64,000 bases of DNA from an uncultured Clostridia bacterium (GTDB lineage: Bacteria; Bacillota; Clostridia; TANB77; CAG-508): NCBI GenBank assembly GCA_944386325.1, contig CALXAP010000005.1, positions 32,377-96,376 on the forward strand. Reading direction: 5' to 3'. The translations under genes and the position numbers were made by a program. Below are positions 51,257 through 62,514 of this stretch, one piece after another. A model generated the notes under the pieces. That model had not been told where the DNA came from and searched no databases. It saw only the letters and a list, made by a program, of their open reading frames with translations. How positions within the stretch are numbered: the first letter of the stretch is position 1; every line of letters starts with the position of its first letter.

Positions 51257-54050
51257 TATTAAGATTCATGAGATTGCAAAAAAACTTAATATTAATAGTA
51301 AAGATGTATTAAATAAGGCAAAAGACTTAGGGTTTAATATAAAAAGTCATTTAAGTGCTGTTTCAGAAGAAGATGCCGAAAAGATAATCAATAGTCTGAA
51401 AAATAGTAATATAACAAACAAAGAAGTAAAAAAGGATAATAATTCAAAAAAAGAACAAGTAGATAAAGGACATGTCATTATTAGAAGAGAAGTAATAATT
51501 TCAGATGAAGATGATAAGAAAAATGAAAAAGAACAAACAAAAGTAAAAAGTAATAATTTTACACAGGAAAGAAGAAATAAAAATTTTAATATAGTTTATA
51601 GAAATAAAACAACAAGACCACTTACAGCAAGTGAGTTGTTTGGATTAAAAGAAGATAAAAAAGAAGAGGTTAAAGTGAAAGAAGAAACAAAAATAGTAGA
51701 AGAAGTAAAAAAAGAAGAAAAGAAAGAAATAAAAACAAATGAGGATAATATAGTAAGAGAAGAAAATAAGGAAATAAAAAAGAATATGAATATTGAAAAT
51801 AATAAAAAAGATAATTATATTAGAAAAAACAATAATAATTATAATAACAAAAATAATAATTTTAATAAAATGAAAAATAAAAATAATAATAATTTAAATG
51901 GTTATAATAATAGAAGAAATAATAATCAAAATAATCAGTATAATAATAGAAGAAAAGTATTAGATGAAAAAGGAATAGAAAAAAACATAAAAAATATAAT
52001 GTCAGCTGAAAATCAAGAAAAAGATATCGTAAGAGAATATTCAAATAAAGCAATTGATAAACAAAAAAATAATAGAAATGATGATAAAAATAGAAAACCT
52101 CAAAAAAATAAAAAATCAAATAATTACGAATTTAGTAATGATAAATTAAAAAGTTTAAAGCAAGAGAGTAAATTATCAAATATGTTTACAGAAGGTTCAA
52201 TGTTAGATTACTATGATTTAGGAAGTAATAGAGTAAGGAAAAATAAGAAGAAAAATCAAAAAGTTCAACCTTCAGAAGATAGAGTAAAACAAAAAATATT
52301 TAAATTAACAGAAATAACTATTCCAGAAACTATTACTGTTAAAGATTTAGCAGCTGAATTAAAGAAAACTAGTAGTGAAGTAATAAAAAAATTATTATCT
52401 TTTGGAATACTAGCTACTATTAATAATGTACTAGATTTTGATACAGCATATTTGGTTGCAAGTGAGTTTGGAGTAACTGCAAAGAAAAAAGAGGTTATAA
52501 AAGAAGAAGATATTTTATTTGATGAAAGTGAAGATAGAGAAGATGAGTTAATATCAAGACCTCCTGTAATAGTTGTTATGGGGCATGTTGACCATGGCAA
52601 GACTTCATTATTAGATGCAATAAGATCTACAAATGTTATTGAAGGTGAAGCGGGTGGAATAACACAACATATCGGTGCATACAAAGTTGAGATAAATGGA
52701 AGATCTATAACATTTTTAGATACACCAGGACATGAAGCTTTTACAAGTATGAGAGCAAGAGGTGCTCAAATAACTGATATAGCAATTTTGGTTGTTGCTG
52801 CAAATGATGGTGTTATGCCACAAACTGTAGAAGCAATAAATCATGCTAAAGCTGCTGGTATACCTATAGTTGTTGCAATAAATAAAATAGATTTGGAATC
52901 TGCAAATGTAGAAAGAGTAAAACAAGAATTATCAGAGTATGGTTTAATTCCAGAAGAATGGGGTGGAGATACAATATATGTTCCTATATCTGCAAGAAAT
53001 CATCAAAATATAGATACTTTATTAGAAATGGTATTATTACAAGCAGATATGTTAGATTTAAAAGTAAATCCACATAAACAAGCAAAAGGAACGGTTATTG
53101 AAGCAAAACTTGATAAAAGCAAGGGTGTAATAGCATCTGTACTTGTACAAAGAGGAAAATTAGATGTTGGTGATACAATTGTTGTTGGTTCTGTTATAGG
53201 AAGAATAAGAGCAATGACAAATGATAAAGGACAAAGAGTAAAAACAGCTGGACCATCTACACCTGTTGAAATTACAGGTTTATCAGAAGTTCCAACAGTT
53301 GGAGACACTTTCTATGAAGTTAAAGATGAAAAAATGGCTAAACATTTAATAGAAAGAAGAAAACGTCAACAAAGAGAAAGAGAATTAAATAAAACTGCTA
53401 AAGTAACATTAGACGATTTATTTAATCAAATTGAAAAAGGTAATTTAAAACAATTAAATTTAATTGTAAAAGCAGATGTTCAAGGTTCTGTTGAAGCAGT
53501 AAAACAATCACTAGAAAAACTATCTAATGATGAAGTGGTTGTAAAAGTAATTCATTCAAATGTTGGTGGAGTAACAGAAACAGATGTTACACTTGCAAAA
53601 GTTTCTAATGCAATTATTATAGCATTTAATGTTAGACCAAATAAAATTGCAAAAGAAATGGCAGAAAAAGATGGAGTAGAAATAAAAACATATTCTGTTA
53701 TATATAATGCAATTGAAGATGTTGAATTAGCAATGAAAGGTATGAGAGATCCAGAATATAAGGAAGTTATTATTGGCAATGCTGAAATAAGACAAACATT
53801 TAAGGTATCTAATGTTGGAACAATAGCAGGATGCTATATTACTGATGGTAAGATTGCTAGAAATTCTATAGTTAGGGTAATAAGAGATGATGTTGTTATT
53901 TATGAAGGAAAATTAATATCTTTAAAGAGATTTAAAGATGATGTAAAAGAAGTTTCTTCAGGTTATGAGTGCGGAATTCAATTAGAGAATTTTAATGATT
54001 TAAAAGTTGGAGACATCTTAGAAGCACATATTATGGAAGAAATAAAATAG
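51243..54050 (+). CDS. infB: Translation initiation factor IF-2.
   Basis: G domain [12 protein letters not shown]...DTPGHEAF...NKID, plus conserved C-terminal domains. The N-terminal region carries an Asn-rich low-complexity insertion. Start chosen at the ATG after the GGGGGTG SD. Confidence 0.9.
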   Translation: MLLSNIKIHEIAKKLNINSKDVLNKAKDLGFNIKSHLSAVSEEDAEKIINSLKNSNITNKEVKKDNNSKKEQVDKGHVIIRREVIISDEDDKKNEKEQTKVKSNNFTQERRNKNFNIVYRNKTTRPLTASELFGLKEDKKEEVKVKEETKIVEEVKKEEKKEIKTNEDNIVREENKEIKKNMNIENNKKDNYIRKNNNNYNNKNNNFNKMKNKNNNNLNGYNNRRNNNQNNQYNNRRKVLDEKGIEKNIKNIMSAENQEKDIVREYSNKAIDKQKNNRNDDKNRKPQKNKKSNNYEFSNDKLKSLKQESKLSNMFTEGSMLDYYDLGSNRVRKNKKKNQKVQPSEDRVKQKIFKLTEITIPETITVKDLAAELKKTSSEVIKKLLSFGILATINNVLDFDTAYLVASEFGVTAKKKEVIKEEDILFDESEDREDELISRPPVIVVMGHVDHGKTSLLDAIRSTNVIEGEAGGITQHIGAYKVEINGRSITFLDTPGHEAFTSMRARGAQITDIAILVVAANDGVMPQTVEAINHAKAAGIPIVVAINKIDLESANVERVKQELSEYGLIPEEWGGDTIYVPISARNHQNIDTLLEMVLLQADMLDLKVNPHKQAKGTVIEAKLDKSKGVIASVLVQRGKLDVGDTIVVGSVIGRIRAMTNDKGQRVKTAGPSTPVEITGLSEVPTVGDTFYEVKDEKMAKHLIERRKRQQRERELNKTAKVTLDDLFNQIEKGNLKQLNLIVKADVQGSVEAVKQSLEKLSNDEVVVKVIHSNVGGVTETDVTLAKVSNAIIIAFNVRPNKIAKEMAEKDGVEIKTYSVIYNAIEDVELAMKGMRDPEYKEVIIGNAEIRQTFKVSNVGTIAGCYITDGKIARNSIVRVIRDDVVIYEGKLISLKRFKDDVKEVSSGYECGIQLENFNDLKVGDILEAHIMEEIK

Positions 54051-54088
54051 ATTATTTAATTAGAGCAATATGCTCAAAGTGAGGGTTT

Positions 54089-54457
54089 ATGGAAAATGAA
54101 AATAATAGATTAAAAAGGGTAAATGAAGAATTGCGAAAAGAAATTAGTAATATAATAAGTTATGAATTAAGTAATACAAATATTACTGGAATGGTTAGTG
54201 TAACAAAAGTAAAAGTTACTCCAGATTTAAGGTATGCTAGAGTATATGTAAGTATGATTAATTCAAACAAAAAGAAAACTTTAGCAGCATTAAAAAAATC
54301 ATCTGGATATATAAGGACACTTTTGGCTCATAGAATTAATTTGAGAACAACCCCTGAAATTGTTTTTGAGTTTGATGAATCTATTGAGTATGGTTCTAAA
54401 ATAGATAATATTTTAAATGAAATCATGCAAGATATGAAAAATGAAAAAGGAGAGTAG
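54089..54457 (+). CDS. rbfA: Ribosome-binding factor A.
   Basis: RbfA KH-like family pattern. Position after infB. Confidence 0.8.
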   Translation: MENENNRLKRVNEELRKEISNIISYELSNTNITGMVSVTKVKVTPDLRYARVYVSMINSNKKKTLAALKKSSGYIRTLLAHRINLRTTPEIVFEFDESIEYGSKIDNILNEIMQDMKNEKGE

Positions 54458-54458
54458 T

Positions 54459-55412
54459 ATGATTTTAGATGATATAAAAAAAGAAATAGATAAAGCAAAT
54501 AGAATTGCTGTTGTTACTCATGAAAATCCTGATGGTGATGCAATAGGCAGTAGTTTAACTATGTATATGGCGCTTAAAAATATAAACAAAGATGTTGATG
54601 TAATAATTCCTGAATATGCTAAAATGTTTGAATTTTTACCTTGTATTAATGAAACAAAAAAAAGTAGTGATGAACATTATGATTTAGTTATTGCAGTTGA
54701 TTGTGCAACAGAAAAGAGATTAAAAGATAATAACAATTGTTTTAATAATTCAAAAGTTACAATACAAATAGATCATCATGAAGCAAATAAAATGTTTGCA
54801 GATTATAATTATGTAGATCCAGTTTCACCTGCTTGTTGTCAAATATTAATAAAGGTATTAAAATATTGGAACATAGAAATTAATAAAGATATGGGAGTAT
54901 GCCTTCTTGCAGGAATAATTACAGATACAGGAGGATTTAAATATTCAGGAGTAACATCTGAAACTTTTGAAATTGTTGCATGGCTTTTAGATAAAGGAAT
55001 AAATATATCAAGTGTATATAGAAGAGTTTTACAAACAATTTCAAAAACAAAGTTTGAACTTAACAAAATAGCAACTAGTAGAATTACATTTTATGAAAAT
55101 GATAAAATTGCATTTACATATATAACAGTTGAAGATGAGAAAAAGGTTAATGCACAATTAGGAGATTATGAAGGATGTGTAGATATAGGAAGAGATATTG
55201 AAGGTGTTGAAGTTTCAATATTCTTTAGAGAATTAAAAGAAGGTGGATATAAGGTATCTATGCGTTCAAATGATTATGTAAATGTTTCTGATATTTGTTT
55301 AATGTTTGGTGGAGGCGGTCATATGAAAGCTGCTGGTTGTACTATTAGTTCCGGCACAATTGAACAAATAAGGGATAAGCTTATCGCTCAAACAAAAAGA
55401 TATTTAAAATAA
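54459..55412 (+). CDS. nrnA: DHH/DHHA1 phosphoesterase, NrnA-like oligoribonuclease / pAp phosphatase.
   Basis: DHH motifs (THENPDGDA, DHH, and a GGGH motif in DHHA1). Conserved rbfA-nrnA-truB order. Confidence 0.7.
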   Translation: MILDDIKKEIDKANRIAVVTHENPDGDAIGSSLTMYMALKNINKDVDVIIPEYAKMFEFLPCINETKKSSDEHYDLVIAVDCATEKRLKDNNNCFNNSKVTIQIDHHEANKMFADYNYVDPVSPACCQILIKVLKYWNIEINKDMGVCLLAGIITDTGGFKYSGVTSETFEIVAWLLDKGINISSVYRRVLQTISKTKFELNKIATSRITFYENDKIAFTYITVEDEKKVNAQLGDYEGCVDIGRDIEGVEVSIFFRELKEGGYKVSMRSNDYVNVSDICLMFGGGGHMKAAGCTISSGTIEQIRDKLIAQTKRYLK

Positions 55413-55413
55413 A

Positions 55414-55453
55414 GGAAAAATCTAAGTTAGAGATTTTTCCTCTAATTTTTTTA
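55414..55453 (+). terminator. Rho-independent terminator.
   Basis: GGAAAAATCT-AAGTT-AGAGATTTTTCC hairpin followed by a T-run. Confidence 0.6.
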
Positions 55454-55580
55454 TGTAAAAAATTGCTATAAGAAATTAATAGAAAAAATGGGCTATACCC
55501 CATTTGGTGAGTTTTATTTCCGCCCTACCATTAGGCTTTATATTTTTTTATATAAAATAACAAAATTAGCAGCATAAATG

Positions 55581-55606
55581 TAGGGGCGAACATTGTTCGC
55601 CCGCGC
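55581..55606. repeat. REP-like GC-rich palindrome, copy 4 (GGGCGAACA-T-TGTTCGCCC).
   Basis: Identical core to copies 1 and 3. Lies between nrnA and truB. Confidence 0.7.
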
Positions 55607-55644
55607 TCTAGAAGAATTTCTTAAAATATCAAATATTAAGGAGG

Positions 55645-56520
55645 TTGTTTACTATAGATGGATTAATATTAATAAATAAACCAAAAGGGTGGACATCACA
55701 CGATGTTGTAAACAAACTAAGAAATATTTTACATCAAAAGAAAATTGGGCATACTGGAACTTTAGACCCACTTGCAACAGGAGTTTTGCCAGTTTTATTA
55801 GGAAATGCTACAAAATTATCTAAATATTTAATAGAGCATGATAAAACATATATTGCAGTAATAAAATTAGGTACAAAAACTAATACAGGAGATGAAGAAG
55901 GAAAGATAATAGAAAATAAAGCTGTTGATATAAATGTGCTAGAAAATAATTATGTTAAAGATGTGTTAAATTCATTTATAGGAAAACAAAAGCAAAAACC
56001 TCCTTTATATTCTGCAATAAAAATTAACGGAAAAAAATTATATGAATATGCTAGAAATAATGAAAGTGTTGAAATTCCAGAAAGAGATATAGAAGTATAT
56101 GAGGCAGAATTATTAGAGCTAGATAAAGATAAATTAGAAATAAAAGTACAATTAAGTGTTTCAAAAGGTACATATATAAGAAAATTATGCGAAGATATTT
56201 CCGAAAAATTAGGTACAGTTGGGTATATGAAAAAATTAGAAAGAATAAGAGTAGATAAATATTATATAAAAGACTCAGTAGATTTAGAATATATTAAAGA
56301 AAATATAGATAAAATAAATGATTTGTGTATTAGTATTGAAAATATCTTTAGTGGGAATAATAAGATTACATTATCAAAAGACAAGCTAAAACATTTTTTA
56401 AATGGAGTAATGCTTACACAATTATGTGAAGATGGAATATATAGAATTTATTGTGAGAATGCTTTTATTGGTATAGGAGTAGTGAAAAATAAATTATTAA
56501 AAAGAGATGTAGTAGTGTAA
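55645..56520 (+). CDS. truB: tRNA pseudouridine(55) synthase TruB.
   Basis: LILINKPKGWTSHDVV...GHTGTLDPLATGVL catalytic-Asp motif. The annotated TTG start abuts the SD, so the true initiation codon is ambiguous. Confidence 0.8.
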   Translation: MFTIDGLILINKPKGWTSHDVVNKLRNILHQKKIGHTGTLDPLATGVLPVLLGNATKLSKYLIEHDKTYIAVIKLGTKTNTGDEEGKIIENKAVDINVLENNYVKDVLNSFIGKQKQKPPLYSAIKINGKKLYEYARNNESVEIPERDIEVYEAELLELDKDKLEIKVQLSVSKGTYIRKLCEDISEKLGTVGYMKKLERIRVDKYYIKDSVDLEYIKENIDKINDLCISIENIFSGNNKITLSKDKLKHFLNGVMLTQLCEDGIYRIYCENAFIGIGVVKNKLLKRDVVV

Positions 56521-56661
56521 AATAGTGAATAATGAATAGTGAATGGTGAATAATGCAATTATGCCAATATAATACAAAACTATTAATATTAAATGTGGTG
56601 GCAAACACAATGTCATTAAGTTAAGAACATTTATAATATTATAAAATTAATATGTAAGATG

Positions 56662-56750
56662 TAGGGGCGAACAGTGTTCGCCAGCCCTTCGAAGAAATTT
56701 CTCATTATGTAATAATTTACGGCATACGAATTTGATATAATATTATATCA
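56662..56750. repeat. Degenerate REP-like palindrome (copy 5) followed by a partial copy of the 5' box of the 265 bp repeat (ACGGCATACGAATTTGATATAATATTAT).
   Basis: GGGCGAACA-G-TGTTCGCCa, then about 30 bp matching the start of the 43490 and 44537 repeats. Confidence 0.6.
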
Positions 56751-56884
56751 AATTCTTTATCTTGTTTTATAGCTATGAGTAAAATACTTAGTATAATCCG
56801 ATTTTAAAAAATTAATTATAAAAATATACACATATATAATTTTTTTTGATATAATGAAAAAAATAAATTTAAAGAGGTGAACAT

Positions 56885-58735
56885 ATGACAAAAAATAATA
56901 AAGGAATAACAATGATAACATTAATAGTGACAATAATATTAATGTTAATAATAGCAGGAGTAACTATTAATCAATCTGTAAAAAATATAGAGGCAAGAAA
57001 AATCGACTCATTATATGCAGATTTAGAGCTATTAGAAGATAAGGTAAATACATACTACTTAAATAATGGTAGCTTACCAATAAAAGAAGAATTTAAAGGC
57101 TCAGATAATTTTAAATCAGTAAGAAATGTAAATGACAATAATTTATATTATGTAATAGACATATCAAAACTTGAAGGAGTAAGTTTAAGTATGAAACTAG
57201 ACTTCACAGGTGATGATGTATATATAATGAATGAACAAAGTCATACAGTATATTATCCGAAAGGACTTACAATTGATAATGAGACATATTATACACTACC
57301 AAAGCAGTATTCAAAAATTGAAGAAGATAGAAATGATGGTAATTCAGAATCAGGTTTAGCACAAATTAAATTAGACAATATTTCTGTTGTAGTAGATGGT
57401 ACAAGTATTAATAGTGGAGAATTTGTATTTGAATTAAAAGATGAAAATAATGATGTAATAGAAACTTCAACAAATGAGAAGGATGGAAAAATAAATTTTT
57501 TTGAAGATAGATTATTAGAAACAGGGACACACCGATTTACGGTTTCACAAGTATTGGGAAATACTCAATATATGAAATATGATGATAGTGTATATACAAT
57601 TATTATAAAAGTTACAGGTCCTGTTGGACAGGAGAATGTTGATATAAAATATTATAGTAAAGATATGAATGAATTAGATAAAATAGAGTTTTTAAATGAA
57701 TATCAACCACCAATAAAACCTACATTACCAAGTGTTGACGAAGATGGATTAGCAAAAGAAGATACAACAATAACAACAGATGACCCTAATGTGCAAATAG
57801 TAATACCAGAGGGATTTGCACCAGTGATATTACAAACAGATAGAACAGATTCATTACCAGGAGAAAATGGAGCTGTTAAAGCAATAATGCCTGTAGAGGA
57901 TTGGAATAAGATAAGCGCAGAGCAAATAAATAAGGGAATAGTTATAGTAGATCATGCAATAACATATACAGGTAGTGTGCCAGATTTTAATGAATATGTG
58001 TGGGTTCCAATAGCAGATAGTAGTAAGTTTGCAAGGGTTGCGTGGAATGGACCTTATTATGATAGAGGATACCACTCTATAGGACCACATCCATTGTCAA
58101 AAGAACCAACATCATATCAATATTGGGAAGAAACGAGTTCTAAAGAGTATATAGATATGGTAAGCAGTGTAAGTAGTAATAAAGGATTTTATATAGGTAG
58201 GTATGAATCTAGTGAAAAGGATCATGTTGCAGTGCGAGCAGAGAGTAAAAGAGGACAAGAGCCAATGCTAGGTTTATCACAAGGTGCGTCAGTATCAGCA
58301 GCTGAAAATAGAGATTTACATAGTCATTTAATATATGGAATAGAGTGGGATAGTGTATTACAGTGGTTTTTGAATAGTGGAGCAACAATAGGAGCAGAGA
58401 CAGGTGGAACAAAAACTATAACAATAAATGAAATACAAAATGATAGTAGAAGTTGGGGAAATTATAACAGTTCAGTAGGAGGAGCAGCAACTAATTCAGG
58501 TTATAAGCAACCAGGAGGGACAAATGAATACTGGAAGGCAAATAATATATATGATTTAGCAGGGAATGTAAGAGAATGGACTCAAGAAATGTATTCTACA
58601 GGTACTGATTGCGTTATTAGAGGGGGATATTATGATGTCGGCGGACTCAGTGTTCCAGTAGCTAACCGTAACTATAGAGATGTGAGTAGTACAGATGTAT
58701 ATTCTATTGGGTATAGAGTAAGTTTTTATATATAG
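56885..58735 (+). CDS. Membrane-anchored extracellular protein with a C-terminal FGE-sulfatase (SUMF1/DUF323) domain.
   Basis: N-terminal hydrophobic anchor after MTKNNKG (prepilin-like but lacking Glu5). A central beta-rich region. C-terminal ...GNVREWTQEMY...VIRGGYYDVGG... pattern of formylglycine-generating-enzyme-like domains. Confidence 0.55.
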   Translation: MTKNNKGITMITLIVTIILMLIIAGVTINQSVKNIEARKIDSLYADLELLEDKVNTYYLNNGSLPIKEEFKGSDNFKSVRNVNDNNLYYVIDISKLEGVSLSMKLDFTGDDVYIMNEQSHTVYYPKGLTIDNETYYTLPKQYSKIEEDRNDGNSESGLAQIKLDNISVVVDGTSINSGEFVFELKDENNDVIETSTNEKDGKINFFEDRLLETGTHRFTVSQVLGNTQYMKYDDSVYTIIIKVTGPVGQENVDIKYYSKDMNELDKIEFLNEYQPPIKPTLPSVDEDGLAKEDTTITTDDPNVQIVIPEGFAPVILQTDRTDSLPGENGAVKAIMPVEDWNKISAEQINKGIVIVDHAITYTGSVPDFNEYVWVPIADSSKFARVAWNGPYYDRGYHSIGPHPLSKEPTSYQYWEETSSKEYIDMVSSVSSNKGFYIGRYESSEKDHVAVRAESKRGQEPMLGLSQGASVSAAENRDLHSHLIYGIEWDSVLQWFLNSGATIGAETGGTKTITINEIQNDSRSWGNYNSSVGGAATNSGYKQPGGTNEYWKANNIYDLAGNVREWTQEMYSTGTDCVIRGGYYDVGGLSVPVANRNYRDVSSTDVYSIGYRVSFYI

Positions 58736-58802
58736 TGTTGTTCGAGAGTTAAAACAAGCAGATTTGATAAAGTTTATAGATACAATTAAATAACATCCAA
58801 AA

Positions 58803-58843
58803 AAACTAATAATTCTTTTTATAGAATTATTAGTTTTTTTTTG
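58803..58843 (+). terminator. Rho-independent terminator.
   Basis: ACTAATAATTCT-TTTTAT-AGAATTATTAGT hairpin followed by a T9 run. Confidence 0.7.
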
Positions 58844-58903
58844 GAATATTTTTAGTACAAGCTGAATATATATAAATAGAAAAACATATTTTTAAATATA
58901 GAG

Positions 58904-59422
58904 GTGAGAATATTGATTTTAGTAAAAGGATTAATATTTATACTTATATTTATATCTTGTACATATTTAGGAATTTTAATATCAAAAAAATATACAAATA
59001 GAGTAAAAGAACTAAAAGAATTCAAGAATGCATTAGGCATAATTGAAACAAAAATAAAATTTACATATGAACCATTAGGAGAAATTTTTAAAGAAATATC
59101 TTCAAATTTTAGTACAAATATATCAAATATATTTATAAATACATGTGATAACATGAAAAATTATAATATTGGTAAGGCATGGGAGTTAGCAATAGAAGAT
59201 GGAAATACATACATGTTAAAAGAAGATAAAGAAGTCCTTAAGTCTCTTGGAAAATTGCTAGGAAAAACAGATGTAAATGGGCAAATAAGTCAAATAGAAC
59301 AAACATCGGAATTTTTAAATAATCAAATAGAAAAAGCAGAAGTTGAAAGAGTAAAAAATGAAAAATTATATAAAACTTTAGGAATAGTATCAGGAATAGG
59401 ATTAGTTATTTTATTGATATAG
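58904..59422 (+). CDS. spoIIIAB: Stage III sporulation protein AB.
   Basis: About 170 aa with an N-terminal TM helix. First gene of the contiguous spoIIIAB-AH block. The true start may be the TTG at 58913. Confidence 0.6.
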   Translation: MRILILVKGLIFILIFISCTYLGILISKKYTNRVKELKEFKNALGIIETKIKFTYEPLGEIFKEISSNFSTNISNIFINTCDNMKNYNIGKAWELAIEDGNTYMLKEDKEVLKSLGKLLGKTDVNGQISQIEQTSEFLNNQIEKAEVERVKNEKLYKTLGIVSGIGLVILLI

Positions 59423-59431
59423 GGGGATAAT

Positions 59432-59626
59432 ATGGATATAAATTTACTTTTTAAAATTGCTGCAATTGGTATATTGGTTGCAGTATTGCATCAAGTTTTA
59501 GTAAGAGCAGGAAGAGAAGATCAAGCAATGATGACTACACTTGCAGGTTTGGTAATTGTACTAACTATGGTTATAAAAGAAATAAGCAATTTATTTACTA
59601 CAGTAAGAACGATATTTAATTTATAA
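59432..59626 (+). CDS. spoIIIAC: Stage III sporulation protein AC.
   Basis: 64 aa two-TM protein, MDINLLFKIAAIGILVAVLHQVLVRAGREDQA, highly conserved SpoIIIAC. Confidence 0.85.
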   Translation: MDINLLFKIAAIGILVAVLHQVLVRAGREDQAMMTTLAGLVIVLTMVIKEISNLFTTVRTIFNL

Positions 59627-59649
59627 CTTGGAAAAGTAGAGGGGGAACT

Positions 59650-60036
59650 ATGGATATAATAAAAATTATTGGAGTTGGATTAATTGGTTTAATAATAATT
59701 ATTATCATGAAACAGTATAAGCCAGACTTTGTTATATATGTATCACTTATTGTAGGAACAATTATATTGTTTATGATTATGGACAAGTTGAATGGAATAA
59801 TTGATATATTAACAAGTTTATCTAATAAAGCAAGTATTAATAGCGAGTTTTTAGTAATATTATTAAAGATAACTGGTATTGCATTTTTAACAGAATTTGC
59901 AGTAAGTATATGTAATGACTCAGGGGAAACAGCAATAGCAAATAAAATAGACTTAGGAGGAAAAATAATAATAATTGCTATTTCTATACCAATTATATCT
60001 GCACTTTTGGAATTGATTATTAAGATTCTACCTTAA
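59650..60036 (+). CDS. spoIIIAD: Stage III sporulation protein AD.
   Basis: 128 aa multi-TM paralog of AC. Conserved order. Confidence 0.8.
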   Translation: MDIIKIIGVGLIGLIIIIIMKQYKPDFVIYVSLIVGTIILFMIMDKLNGIIDILTSLSNKASINSEFLVILLKITGIAFLTEFAVSICNDSGETAIANKIDLGGKIIIIAISIPIISALLELIIKILP

Positions 60037-60047
60037 AGAGGTGAAAA

Positions 60048-61187
60048 ATGAAGAAATTAATTATTGTTATTTGCTTTATTATTTTTACTCAAAATTATTG
60101 CTATGCTACTCAAGAAGAAATAATTGCATCTCAAAAAGATGATTTAAATATATCGAGTTTTATTGATGAGGCAAAAGAATATACAAAAAATATTTTTCCT
60201 GACATAGATATGGACAATCTATTATCAGATGCTATAAAAGGAGAAATAAATAATGGAAAAATATTTGGAAATATTTTAAATTTATTTGGAAAAGAAATAA
60301 AAAGTACTATTAAAACATTAGCTAGTATATTAATAATAATTGTTATACATAGTGTTTTTAAGAGTGTTAGTGAAAATCTTGGAAACCAAAATATATCTCA
60401 AATTACATATTATGTTCAATATATATTAATTGTTACTTTAATAATGGCTAATTTTACAGATATTGTTACAGTTGTAAGAGAATCAATACAAAATTTAGTG
60501 TCATTTATGTATATGTTAACACCTATTTTAATAACTTTAATGATTACAACAGGAAGTATTGTCTCGGCAAATGTATTGCAACCAGTTTTATTATTTACAA
60601 TATCATTTATTGGAAATTTAATATCGAATTTTATATTACCTATAATATTAATATCTGCTGTATTAGGTATAGTATCGCAAATTTCAAGTAAGTTCCAGAT
60701 AGACAAGTTATCTAGTTTCTTCAATTCTGGAATTGTATGGATATTAGGAATTGTACTAACAATATTTGTGGGGATGTTATCTTTAGAAGGTACTTTAAGT
60801 AGCAGTGTAGATGGATTAACTGCAAAAGCAACTAAGGCTGCTGTTTCAAATTTTATACCAGTAGTAGGAAAAGTACTTGGAGATTCAATTGATACGGTTT
60901 TAGGATGTGCTTCTATTTTGAAAAATGCAGTTGGAATTGTAGGTGTTATTGTATTGATAGGAATATGTGTAGTACCAATTGTTAAACTTGCAATACTTAC
61001 AATTACATATTATCTTGCTTCAGCAATATGTCAACCTATTGCAGATAGCAAAATTATAAAATTATTGGATCAAATGGGAGGAACTTTTAAAATGCTTTTA
61101 GCAATTACTGTTACTGTGGCAATTATGTTTATTATTGGAATAACTATTGTAATAAAAATTTCTAATAGTGGACTTATGTATAGGTGA
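60048..61187 (+). CDS. spoIIIAE: Stage III sporulation protein AE.
   Basis: 379 aa. Signal peptide followed by a polytopic membrane domain typical of SpoIIIAE. Confidence 0.75.
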   Translation: MKKLIIVICFIIFTQNYCYATQEEIIASQKDDLNISSFIDEAKEYTKNIFPDIDMDNLLSDAIKGEINNGKIFGNILNLFGKEIKSTIKTLASILIIIVIHSVFKSVSENLGNQNISQITYYVQYILIVTLIMANFTDIVTVVRESIQNLVSFMYMLTPILITLMITTGSIVSANVLQPVLLFTISFIGNLISNFILPIILISAVLGIVSQISSKFQIDKLSSFFNSGIVWILGIVLTIFVGMLSLEGTLSSSVDGLTAKATKAAVSNFIPVVGKVLGDSIDTVLGCASILKNAVGIVGVIVLIGICVVPIVKLAILTITYYLASAICQPIADSKIIKLLDQMGGTFKMLLAITVTVAIMFIIGITIVIKISNSGLMYR

Positions 61188-61198
61188 AAGGATAAATT

Positions 61199-61792
61199 AT
61201 GGTTAATTGGATAAGCTCATGGGCTAATAGTGTTATCATTGCAGTTATTATTGCTACAATAATCGAAATGATACTACCGAATGGAAATAATAAAAAATAT
61301 ATAAAAACTGTAATAGGAGTGTTTATACTTTTTTCTATAATAGCACCAGTTATTTCTAAAGTGAGTAATAATGATTTTGATTTAAAAAATGTTATAGATA
61401 AATATAATATTGTAAACGATTATGAAAGTAATGAAGTTTCAAGTTTAGATATAGATAAAAGCGTAGAGGATGTATATATTGAAAATTTAACTACAGATAT
61501 AAAAAACAAAATAAAAGAAAAAGGATATAAAGTAATTAATATTGATGTTGATATTGACATGAGTGATAAAAATTACGGACAAATCAAAAAGATAGATATT
61601 TATATAAATAAATCTCTTGAAGATAATAGTATTTCTGAAGTAGAAACTATAAATGAAGTTGAAATAGATATTTCTAGAAGTGAAGATGAAACCAAAAGTA
61701 ATCAGCAACTAGATAATAATGAAATTAATGAATTAAAAAAATATTTATCTGAATATTATGAAGTTGAAATTAAAAATATTAGTATAAATTAA
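61199..61792 (+). CDS. spoIIIAF: Stage III sporulation protein AF.
   Basis: N-terminal two-TM segment plus a soluble domain. Conserved order. Confidence 0.65.
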   Translation: MVNWISSWANSVIIAVIIATIIEMILPNGNNKKYIKTVIGVFILFSIIAPVISKVSNNDFDLKNVIDKYNIVNDYESNEVSSLDIDKSVEDVYIENLTTDIKNKIKEKGYKVINIDVDIDMSDKNYGQIKKIDIYINKSLEDNSISEVETINEVEIDISRSEDETKSNQQLDNNEINELKKYLSEYYEVEIKNISIN

Positions 61793-61804
61793 GGAGGGAG
61801 AAAA

Positions 61805-62425
61805 GTGTTTGGCAATAAATTAAAAGAAATTATCGATAATAAAGACAACAAAGATAATAAAAGAAAAATGGAAAATATGGTTGTGTTGATAATAATATTA
61901 ATTGTAACAATTTTTGTAATAAATATAATATGGAATGGAGATAAAAAGGAGAATACAGAAAATAGTAATTTATATAAACAATTAGCAGGTGGTGAAAATA
62001 ATAATGTACAAGTTAGTTCTATTAGTGAAGATAATGAATATAATTTAGAGAAAAATTTAGAAGATATTTTAAGTAAAATAAATGGGGCGGGAAATGTACA
62101 AGTGCTTTTAACATATTCGGAAAGTAGCCAAGTTATTCCTTTAACAAATGATAATTATACACAAAAACAAACAGAGGAAACTGATACTTCTGGTGGAAAC
62201 AGAAAAATAGATGAAACAAGTAAATCTAGTGAAATTATATATGAAGAAAAAGATGGAGAAAAAACAACAATAACAAAAAAAGTAATTATGCCAAAAGTTG
62301 AGGGTGCATTAATTTTAGCAGATGGTGCAAGCAATGCCACTGTAAAGACTAATATAATACAAGCTGTTGAGGCTTTAACTGGTATTGCTACACATAAAAT
62401 TCAAGTGCTTGAAATGCAAAAATAA
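61805..62425 (+). CDS. spoIIIAG: Stage III sporulation protein AG.
   Basis: N-terminal TM helix. C-terminal ...VEGALILADGASNATVKTNIIQAVEALTGI motif of SpoIIIAG ring-building domain. GTG start. Confidence 0.75.
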   Translation: MFGNKLKEIIDNKDNKDNKRKMENMVVLIIILIVTIFVINIIWNGDKKENTENSNLYKQLAGGENNNVQVSSISEDNEYNLEKNLEDILSKINGAGNVQVLLTYSESSQVIPLTNDNYTQKQTEETDTSGGNRKIDETSKSSEIIYEEKDGEKTTITKKVIMPKVEGALILADGASNATVKTNIIQAVEALTGIATHKIQVLEMQK

Positions 62426-62514
62426 TATAAATTTACTAGAAAAAATGAGTAAATAAAGTACTATGGGTTTAAATAAAAATAGAAAGAGCAATCATTGCTC
62501 AAATGGAGGTTGTT

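Noticed and set aside
58852-59154. Minus-strand 100-aa ORF overlapping the start of spoIIIAB.
   Set aside because: It is antisense to the conserved spoIIIAB frame and promoter region, and it has no RBS.
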